Notes under the pieces: model-generated | The model's database searches: none | What the model was told of the DNA's origin: nothing | The model's input: only the letters and a program-made list of their open reading frames with translations | Part shown: positions 1 through 9,833 of the stretch, in pieces | How positions within the stretch are numbered: the stretch's first letter is position 1 | Layout of the letters: each line of letters starts with the position of its first letter | DNA from: Geosiphon pyriformis uo1 | Lineage: Eukaryota > Fungi > Glomeromycota | DNA length: 64,000 bases | NCBI GenBank assembly: GCA_016748015.1 | Contig: JAAOMT010000571.1 | Coordinates: 155,256 to 219,255, forward strand | Reading direction: 5' to 3' | Position numbers and translations under genes: made by a program

Positions 1-458
1 AAGGCAATTCGGTATGTTAGTATCTCGTCAATAGCCATGATCAAGAGCTATTGTTCCAGCGTGATTAAGTATCAATTACTATCAACATGAAGTGTTGATA
101 GTGGAGAGTGGATGGAGATATAGAATAATTATTTATTTGATAATTGGTTTTTTGATTAAGGATTCTGTGGTATCAATTCTGTCTTTTCTGTTTCTAATAC
201 TACTGCTAATATATACATAATTGGAATTCCTCAATTCCTCAATTCTTCATAACAGGAATCCTGGAATTCCTGGAATTCTGTGATTCTTTTGGGAAGAATT
301 CTGGAATTCTGGAATCCTGCAATTCCTTGTCAGGGAATCCTGAAATTCCTGGAATCCTGCAATTCCTGAGAGGAATCTTGGAATTCCACATTTATTACAC
401 TTACTTCTGATTGGCTAATAATTATGCTAATATATTTCCTATATTTCTATGAGTAACA
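1..458 (-). repeat. 3' LTR of element A (partial)
   Basis: Near-identical to 9294-9750; ends in GAGTAACA next to the PPT. Confidence 0.95.
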
Positions 459-473
459 CTATTCCCTTCTTTT
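459..473 (-). promoter_or_regulatory. Polypurine tract of element A
   Basis: Minus strand AAAAGAAGGGAATAG immediately before the LTR TG. Confidence 0.9.
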
Positions 474-1131
474 AATATTGAGCTCCATCAAAATTTAACT
501 CATGTAATTCCCTCTTTTGAAGTATTTCCTGGATTTTGTTTTCAAGAATTACTTGTGTTATTTGGGTCTGTAATTCTTCAAATTGAGCATTGGTGATTTT
601 TCTCAATTGATTACTGGTAACCATATTCATTGCTCTGTTGAGCAATATTTCTGGTTTATCTTAAAATGCTGTGTGTATTCGGTATATGGCTCAGGCTTGT
701 GTGAATAAGTTGTTCTTTTTCACAAAATGTTCTAATTATTGCAGTATTCTTTTATCAAATAATCACTTTGTTTTATCTGTATATAGATTCTGGATATTTA
801 CATGTTGTCCCAAGTAAAAATAACAATAGTTTCGTGAAAATTGTTGTATCCACCAATTCCAAGTTTCTTTAGTCAACTCTTGATATAGTGACTCTTTTGT
901 CAATTCTTTTATTGCTAATTTTACTTTCGCCATGATTTTGTCCACAGTATTTTCAGTTTTCTTCTGTGTTTTGAGTTGAAATGTCTTTCTAGTATCTTGA
1001 TATCAAATGGTTTGTTGATTGATTGTAATCTCTATTTCCTGGTGTTGAATTAATTGAAAGAGTTGTTGTGCTAATGAGTGAATGTTGTCTGTAATTTCCA
1101 TTTTTCTGATATTTCCTGTCACATCTACCAT
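472..1131 (-). pseudogene. ORF3 of element A, ~219 aa accessory protein of unknown function (internal stops)
   Basis: MVDVTGNIRKMEITDNIHSLAQQLF...WNWWIQQF...LNFDGAQY*; colinear with 61917-62576 and the same length (660 nt). Confidence 0.8.
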
Positions 1132-1155
1132 GTCTTTATATATTCTTTTGATGGA

Positions 1156-4100
1156 TCAATTTAACGTGTTGTTGTCGATAATAATGATTGGTTCCAGATC
1201 TCATGGAATCTTATCTGGTTGGACTAGTATTCTCTGTACTCCTAATTATGGAATATTACTGGTAGATGGTAGTGTGATGTTATAATATGGTTTCAGTTGA
1301 TCTCCATGTGCTGCTTTGGTTAAAATTTTGTTATCCAATTTTAATTTGTAAGCTTCATTTTCTAGAATTTTTTCTATGTGAAATGGTCTATTCCATTTGG
1401 AGTCAAATTTTTTACTCCATTGTTTTTCTGCTTTGATACAATGTAGTAATATTTTGTCTCCGATCTTGAATTCAACTAGTTTGTCTGGTAGTTGACTATC
1501 GTGTCTTTCTTTCTGTGTTTTTTGTGACTTTTGGATATTATCAGCTGCTCTTCTTTGTTTGTTTTCCAATGTTTCTATTAAGTCATATGTTCTTTTCAGC
1601 AATGTTTCTTGAAAATTTTCCTCTGTTATTGGTTTAGCTGGATATGTATTAATTTCTCTCTTTACTGGTAACGTTGCTATTTTCCCATATACTAATTCAA
1701 ATGGTGTTGCTTGTGTAGTATCCTGTTTTGTTGTCCGATAAACAAATAGTACTGATGGTATGAACAAATCCCAATTGTTCTGGTTTTCTTGGCTGAGCTT
1801 GGCTATTGCTTTACACAATGTTCTGTTGAATCTTTCTACTAATCTGTTGGTTTGTGGATGGTATGGTGATGATAATGGTTTCTTGATTCCGAATTTTTGG
1901 CTTAATTCTGTTAATGTTCTGTTTACAAAATAAGTTCCTTGGTCTGATAATAATTCTTTTGGACATCTATGTTGACAAATCAAATCCTGATAAACAAATT
2001 TGGCAATGAATTCTGCATTCACTCTTTGAATTGCTTTTGCCTCTGGCTATTTAGTGAGATAGTCTATAGCTACTACTATGTATCTGTTTCCTCTGCTGGT
2101 GATTGTTAATGGTCCGACTAAATCAATTCTCATACGGTCAAATGGTTGTCTCACTTTGATTGGTCTTAATGGTTTACTGGGTCTTGTTCCTTCTCTTTGC
2201 TGACAAGCATCACAATTTTGAACATATTGAATGATGTCTGGGTACATTGATGGCCAATAGTATCTTTTTCTAGTTCTTTCTATGGTTGCTTCTTTGTGAA
2301 AATGTTCTGCTGTTGGATTTGAGTGCATGTTGAATAATATTGTCTTTTTTTCTGGCTCCGTAATTACTCTGGTTGGTTGATCTGGATCCCTTCTATTTTT
2401 CTGATAAAGTATATTTTGGTGAGTGATAAAATATTTTGATTGTTGTTTGATACTCCTTCATTCCGTATAAGATAAATTCTCCTTGAACTGTTAAGTGTTT
2501 AGATAATGTTGCAATTGTTGATATTTTTGTATGTTCATCTTTTATTGTATTTTTTCATTGGTATTGTTCTGGTTTTATTATATTTTTGGGTTGAAATGTT
2601 CTTAGATTTGTCTTATTCATGATAAACCATCAGCATTTCCATTGTTTTTTCCCTTTTTGTAATGTATAGTATAATTGTATGGTGCGAATGCCATTTTCCA
2701 TCTTGACTGTCTTCCATCTCCAAATTCTTGTTTTTGGAGTGATGTTAATCCCTCGTGATCTGTGTATACTTCAAACTTCTGGCTTAAGTATTCTTTTCAT
2801 TTCATGATGGCCCAGTATATTACTAAGTGTTTTTGTTCTGGTATTCCATAGTTTTTTTCGGCTGGTGTTAAACCTTTACTGGCATATGCTACTGGATGTT
2901 CTCTGCCGTCTGGTCCTCTCTGAGATAATACTGCTCCCAATGCTTGGCTGGATGCATCAGTGGTGATGATAAATGGTTTGCTGTAATCTGAATAGATCAG
3001 TACTGGAGCTTAAATGAGCTTTTTCTTCAGAATATCAAAAGCTTTTTGTTGACTTTCTGTCCATTCATATTTCGTATTTTTGTTTTGTAGTTGATTGAGT
3101 GGCTGCGCTATTTTGGAAAAGTTCTTGATAAAATGATGATAGTAGCTGGCAAATCTCAAGAATGATTTCAGTTCTGTTATATTGGTTGGCACTGGAAAGT
3201 TCTTTACTATCTCTATTTTCTCTGGATCCATTTTGATGCTGTCTTTGCTAACTATGTGTCCCAAAAATTTGAGTTCTGTCTTGTCAAAGAAGCACTTTGT
3301 CGCATTTAACTTTAGTCCTGTTCTTCTTAGTCTTTTGAACACTTGTTGAAGATGATAAAGATGATCATCAAATGTCTTTGAGAATACATTGGTGTCGTCC
3401 AAGTATACAACTACTGATTTTCACAATAAGCCAGTATAAACAATTTCCATTAGCCATTGGAAAGTTGCTGGGACATTGGTTAAGCTGAATGGTATTACTT
3501 CAAATTCGAAATTCTCTTCTCTAGTAGTAAATGCTGTCTTCTTTTTGTCAGCTGGATTCATGGCTACTTGCCAGTAATTACTGTCCAAATCTAATGTGGA
3601 GAACTATTTGTTCCCACTGAAAGCATCGAATAATTTCTGTATTTGTGGAGTTGGATAACTGTCTCCACAAATTACACTATTGAGTTTCCTGTAGTCTACA
3701 CAAAACCGGATTTTTCCATTTTTCTTACGGACGAGTACCACTGGTGACAACCATGAACTCATTGATGGTTGAATTAGCCTGTTGTCAAGCATTCTGTTTA
3801 TCTCTTGACAAATAATCTCGTGGCTGGCTGGTGGCACTCTGTATGCTCTTTGTTTGATTGGCATTGTATCTCCAGTCTTGATCTGATGCTAGATGATGTC
3901 AGTTTGGCCAAACTCATTTTCGCTGGCAAAAATGTCATTGAAATTTTTGAGTAACATCTTGAGCTGCATACATTGGAGTGGATTTAAGTTTCCCATGTTC
4001 ATTTGTTCCAATTGTTCTGGTTGGAGCAAATAACATTCGTCTCGTTCATAGATTGTTTGTGATGTGATGTCAACATATTCACAAAGTTGTGGAAAGTTTG

Positions 4101-7100
4101 GAATGGGGTTTGGTGGTTGGTCTTCTATTTCTGTAGTTAAATATCCAATGGTGGTTCTTTCTGGTATGTTGATGATATTGCCAGTGTTGTTGTAGATGGG
4201 AATTTTTATGCTGCTATAGTTTTTGGCTGGTATGTGGAGATTAATCAACCCAATTTCTCCTGATTCACAAAGAGTTGCTTCCGCTTCAAAAATCTGTTCT
4301 TGCTTCTTTTCCTTCTTTTCTATTGCTAACATGTACTGGCTATATGGTGGAATGGAAATAGCTTGACTGGTTGAGATAATTTCTTCTTGGCCAACAATTT
4401 TTTCCTTCACTATATTAACTGGTATATCTGTTCTACCTGTTGATCCAAATCCTTGTATTTCTCTCACTGTTATTCCTAATTTCTCTCTCTTTCCTATTGA
4501 CACTAACTGAGCTACTCTAATCAGAGGCAAAAATATTGTCTGTGCTATTTTTTTGTTGGGCTTTATTATATAGGCCTTTTCTGAGTCATTTTGTAGCATA
4601 GCGATGATATTTCCTACATATCCTGCGTCAATTATTCCTCCTTTTATATTGATCCCTCTTTTCGCTAAACTACTCCTAGATGCTAATTGAACTATTGTTG
4701 TTGCTGGAATCTTTAGTGCTATTTTCAGATCAATGCAAGTGCGTGAATGCAGTTCCAATTTGATGGCATCTTTTCCTGAATATCTCAGATCAAACTCTGC
4801 ATCTGTATCATGTGCACGTTCTGGCATAATACCTTCCCCATTGTCACTATACCATTTCAACTCTTGTTCCTTGGAGAGATCTGGTAGTGCAATGTATTGT
4901 TCATAGTTTAAATTGGGTTTTGAATCTGAGTCTGAATTGTTTTCATTGTCATTGCCATTTTGAATGGAGCTGGAACCGGTGTTTTCGTCGTCATTGTCAG
5001 AATCTGGATTGCAATTGATCAGTAATTCTGATTCTGATGCACAGCTGCTGATTGGTTCTTCTTCTTCAGGGATCAAGTAAATCATGCGTGGTGGTGGATT
5101 GTAAATGAGGTTACAATCGTCACAATATTCAAAGTCACTGGGAATTAAACAATGGTGACACAGTTTTGTATTTAACTGTGCTAACTGTTGTTTTTGCTCT
5201 TCTCTAGTGGGTGCCAAGTTTTGGTAGTGTTCATAGAACTCTTCTGGTTCTAGAAAATTTATAACTGGCTCTGCATTCCAGTCAAGCTTGATGGGTTCTG
5301 GTGGATTGTTTTTAATTGTCTGGATTTCTTCTGGCAATGTGTCTTCAATTTTGGCAGTTGTCATTTTCCAAATTTCATCATCATCATGTGGACAACTGTC
5401 TAATCGTCACACTGCTCTTTGCCAAGCAGCTTCGATTGGTGTCCCCTTTTTAACCCAGTCACTAATCAGAATTGTGTATTGACATTCTACGTCACACATT
5501 TCTCCATGTCCAGGAATGTCATGCCATATTCCTTCATCCAAGAGAGTCTCTCCACAAGCTAAGCATGGCTGATTGTCTCATTTCCCTACTCATTTTGGTC
5601 TTCCAAAGTGTTCAAGGATGCATAAGTGGCAATAGAACCTAGTTGCCGTTGAATATTCCTCATCGTCCCCACAGCATGCACCCATTAACGACAATTTCTT
5701 ACTGCAATTGACACATATAAGCTTAGATCGACAATAAGTAGATTGTTGTGGTATAGTGTAAGTGTTATAAGTGGTGGTGGTTTGGGTGGTTTCTTCTTCT
5801 TTCCCTTTTCCTTTATTTTCTTTGTCCTCTTCCCATTTCCAGCTTGAAGTCGGTTTGCTCTCGTCATTGTCAGTCCATGTCAGGTTATCAGTTTCCCAGA
5901 TAAGTTTTTCCTTTTGTTTCCCTTTTCCCTTGTTGCTGTCATCCTAAGAAAGTATTGGCGGTAGTTTGTTGTACTCTTCATCTGCCCACGACATTTGGTA
6001 GGCTTCCCAGATAGGCTTTTTTTTTTCCTCCTCCAGTTCAATCAATAGTTTCTCTCTTGGAGGAGTTTTGAAGTGGCCACATGTGACCAGAACACATATG
6101 TGTTGGCCCTAATATGTTAGCTGGAGTTCCTGAGTGTTCCAGTCTAACATTGCGTTGACTTTGAATAGCCAGTCATTACCAATGAAAGCTTGGTATTGAG
6201 TGGCTTCCATCATTAGAACTTTAATGGGAGTCACGATGCCATTGACTTCAAAAGGAAAGTTGTCAATTTTGCCGATTGGAGTTTTGGTTGCTCCATTGGC
6301 TGTGATGATTCTGGCACTGGCAGCTTAATCAACTCGGTGACCTAATTGATCCATGAGTTGTCTTGTGATATTGCTGCCTGTGGAACTGCTGTCTAGAATC
6401 AATTTGATGGATTGTTCTTCGACTTTGGTGTCAGTGTACATTGCAGTAATTGGTTTGGCTTCAAGAGCGACTCCACTAAATAATAGTGTTGCAGCTGTTT
6501 CCTCAAATTCAAATGGGAAGATAGTGGCCAATGACTCATCTTCAGTGATGGTAGCAGGTGGGATATTACTGGTAAGTGGTTGTTTTTGGGTAAATGCTGG
6601 GTTATTGGTTGAAGCATCTTCTGGGGTGACCAGAAGACTTAAATAGTTCTGGGAATTCGGGTTCTGGGGTTGACCAGTACCCAAATTCTGCTGGCGTAAT
6701 TCAGATGATTGCTGTGAAAAACTGGGGATTGGTTGATGAACTACCATTGCTGATCTCTAGCTCTGTTAAGTCATTCTTGGTCTTTGGGTTCTGTTGGGTA
6801 GTAAGTTTTGGGGCGGTGTTTGGATCTGTTGGGGTTGATAAATTATTTGTGGCTGTGGTTAATATATTACTTGTGGCTGCGGCTGATAAATCGGAGGTTG
6901 ATATACTGGAGACTAATAGACTAATGATTGCGTCACTGGTAGGTAAACATGTGGGTTTTGATTTGGGTACTGATTCAGAGTTTGGAACCAGCAATCGGGG
7001 TTTCAATATGGATTTCCCAATCATTGGTTATTTAAATGCTGGCAACAGTCAATTTGGATATGTTTTTATTTACCACAATAGTAGCAGATATGTATTTCCT

Positions 7101-8808
7101 GTTACTACTGTTGATTGGTTGATAAAGATAGACATGGTTGATTTTGGGTATGATTAGAGTTTTCTTGATTATTGCGTCATTGTGGAGGCTGATAAATAGC
7201 ATAATTGTCAGTTAAGTATCTTTCCAATCTCTTATTGATTGATTCACTGAACTTCTCCAATTTGGAATCCAATTCAAATGATCCATTCATTACTAGATTA
7301 ATGGCTTGGGTGTGGTTAGCCTCTGACTCAGCAGATTCAAAATCTCTGGCACATGTGACTATATCTTGAAGGGTGCCTGGATGCAATGGACGTACATGTT
7401 GCAAGATGCTGCTGCGCAGGCCATGGATAAACTGATTGAGTATCTGTGGTGCTGTGAAATAGTTGGTGTCAATTGCTTGAATTTGGCATAGGTTTTGATA
7501 GAAGCGTCTCAGATAAGTGGTGACTGCTTCAGTTTCTCCTTGTTTCATGGTGATGAATGTATTGACTAAGCAATTGATGCTGTTATTGTTGCTAAAGTAT
7601 CTTAGGAATTCCACTTTGAAGACATTAAAATCTTGTGGTTTATTAATCAAGCTCTGGTACCATAAATCGGCAGTATCTTTGAGAAAGTAGGGAATGGCTT
7701 GCATTGCTTGAGCATCATTTCATCCATTGGCTGCGATGGCCTTTTCTACATCATTCAGCCATATTTGAGTGTCATTCTCTTCGCCCATAAAGTTGTCAAG
7801 TTTTGCGATTGGTGCATAGGCCATTGAATCTAAGTTAGGTGGTTGTGGTGGCTGTTGAAGCAGTTGTTGTTGTCCTGGCTGTTGGAGTAGTAGCTGAAGT
7901 GGCTGCTGTATAGGTTTGGCTATGGGATTAATCGGCAGTTGATTGATGATGATTACTGGAGGTAAGTTTTGCTGATTAATTAATTCAGGGTTTTTATTTC
8001 TTTGATTTAATGGCATTCGAATATTCGGAGTTTTGATTTCTGGATTTTCTAACTGTTGCTGAGTTTGAATGTTTGGGGTTTCAACTTCTGGGTTTTCAGT
8101 GATCGGGTGCAGGTAAGTGAATTCTTGATCCTTTGATTCTTCTTCCTCCTTTTCTGATTTTGCTGCTTCCCATGGATCAGAGATTCCAAAATCTGGTGGA
8201 GGCAGTGGTAATTGAAGTCCTAATGGGGTTGATGATTGCAAATTAAATCTCTCAAAGTATTCGTCATATGGTCCTAACAATTCTGTTTTCTTTTGTCTAT
8301 TTTGGAATGGAAATTGTCCAAATGTGGATGTCACAGTTGATGAAAACGTGTCAGTTGATGATATGTTAATGGTGCTTCTAGGTATATAGTGGTATAATGG
8401 GTTACTTGAGAATTCAACTCTGTTTTTCTTCCAAGCAGGTGGCTGTATTTTTCGGGGTGTTACTGCTAGTGTTTGTAATTTTCCTTTGTCTTTACTAGTG
8501 TATGTAATTAGATATCTTTGTTGAATGTAGTGTTCAATTTCTTTGTTGATCTCAGTGATAATGAATGCAAAATTATGGTTTGTTAGTAAATTGGTGTTTT
8601 GAATTAATTCCTTATAGAAAGTTTCTCTTTCTGATTCAGTATTCACTGGTGTTTCTAATAAAGAAAAAATCTTTTTGTCGACGTAGAAATTGAAGGCTGA
8701 TTCAGCGGATATATGATTGTGGTTTAATCCCAAGTATTGACAATAGTGTTGAAATAAGAATTTTGCGAATCCTAAATAGTTTGCTCCTATAATTTCTGAT
8801 TCTGCCAC
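1156..8808 (-). pseudogene. gag-pol polyprotein of A (N-terminal extension, gag, CCHC, PR, Cys-rich domain, dUTPase, RT, RNase H, integrase with GPY/F-like C-terminus)
   Basis: PR LILDSS (DSG-derived), RT RFCVDYRKLN and YLDD, RNase H TDAS...HPVAYAS, integrase HHCC region and HPQTN.LVERFN; many premature stops. Confidence 0.93.
4435..4830 (-). other. dUTPase domain within pol of A
   Basis: Five dUTPase motifs: DAEFDL, SRSSLAKRG, GIIDAGYVG, IAQ, GFGSTG. Confidence 0.92.
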
Positions 8809-8851
8809 TTTTGGTTTGGTGTTGTTGGTGCTGGTTCTCTGTAGGATTATA

Positions 8852-8868
8852 CCTCACAGAGAGCACCA
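8852..8868 (-). promoter_or_regulatory. tRNA primer-binding site of A
   Basis: TGGTGCTCTCTGTGAGG, 2 nt after the 5' LTR end. Confidence 0.9.
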
Positions 8869-8870
8869 AA

Positions 8871-9750
8871 TGTTACAGGTGATTATTTCTGCTGTTGAAT
8901 TAAATAACAAATCCATAACTTGGTGCTCAAAAGCTACTTCCATGGATGAGGTTCTGTAAGTATTGTATCTGAAGGTTTTGGTTGATCTGAAGGTTTTGTT
9001 GTGAAGTTCTTTGTATAATGGACAGAGATTTAATGGTGATGGTAGTAGTTTTTCTGGAGTCGTAATTATGCCCAATTTCTTTTTCAGCTTGACAGCCAGA
9101 TTTATTTTGGCAGTTGTGCCCTTCTGGTAAGCTATCTGTTAATATATATAATTCTACCCTTATTTCTGGGTCTTTTACCAGACTATCCTTGATGTCAATA
9201 ATTCAGTGCTTAATCTTTTTACTCAATTAGTATACAACAACAAAATCAAAGAAAGAAAATAAAATAAAAAGAAAGAAAATAAAGAAATAAGTCAAGGCAA
9301 TTCGGTATGTTAGTATCTCGTCAATAGCCATAATCAAAAGCTATTGTTCCAGCATGATTAAGTATTAATTACTATCAACATAAAGTGTTGATAGTGGAGA
9401 GTGGATGGAGATATAGAATAATTATTTATTTGATGATTGGTTTCTTGACTAAAGATTCTGTAGTATTAATTCTGTTTTTTCTGTTTCTAATACTACTGCT
9501 ATATATACATAATTGGGATTCCTCAATTTCTCGATTCTTTATGACAGGAATCTTGGAATTTCTGGAATTCTGTGATTTTTTTGAGAGGAATTCTGGAATT
9601 TTGGAATTCTGCAATTTCTCGTCGGGAAATCCTAAAATTCCTGGAATCCTGCAATTCCTAAAAGGAATCCTAGAATTTTATATTTACTATGCTTACTTCT
9701 GATTGGCTAATAATTATGCTAATATATTTCCTATATTTCTATGAGTAACA
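8871..9750 (-). repeat. 5' LTR of element A (880 bp)
   Basis: TGTTAC...GTAACA termini; abuts the PBS; contains GGAATTCC-type repeats. Confidence 0.95.
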
Positions 9751-9833
9751 ATGCCTAGTTTAGATTATTTCATTGATGTATTGTTCTAGGTAGTGTTTGG
9801 ACCTCACTCGTTAAACATAATAAAAAAAAAAAA
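9751..9833 (+). mobile_element. 3' end and poly(A) tail of a LINE copy interrupted by element A
   Basis: Reverse-complement match to 13642-13719 (LINE 3' terminus), followed by an A-tail. Confidence 0.85.

Larger units (their letters stand above)
1..9750 (-). mobile_element. Ty3/Gypsy LTR retrotransposon A (dUTPase-bearing, decayed; 3' LTR truncated by window edge)
   Basis: Direct-repeat LTRs (1-458 matches 9294-9750), TGTTAC...GTAACA termini, PBS, PPT, and domain order gag-PR-dUTPase-RT-RH-IN on the minus strand. Confidence 0.96.

Noticed and set aside
222-386. GGAATTCC repeats as a CRISPR-like array
   Set aside because: Units are 9-10 bp with no unique spacers; they are part of an LTR in eukaryotic context
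472-1131. ORF3 as an envelope gene
   Set aside because: Too short, with no visible signal peptide, furin site or transmembrane anchor
1156-1480. Chromodomain at the integrase C-terminus
   Set aside because: Only a GPY/F-SH3-like region and a short tail are present; no Y.VKW.G chromodomain motif
5288-7157. Antisense ORFs overlapping gag-pol (also in the LINE and in elements B and C)
   Set aside because: They are shadows of biased coding sequence with no independent motifs
8854-9075. LTR-encoded ORF read through the PBS UGA into gag
   Set aside because: It is in frame, but the upstream peptide is not conserved in family C and the NIWCSL* match is forced by the LTR-end/PBS sequence
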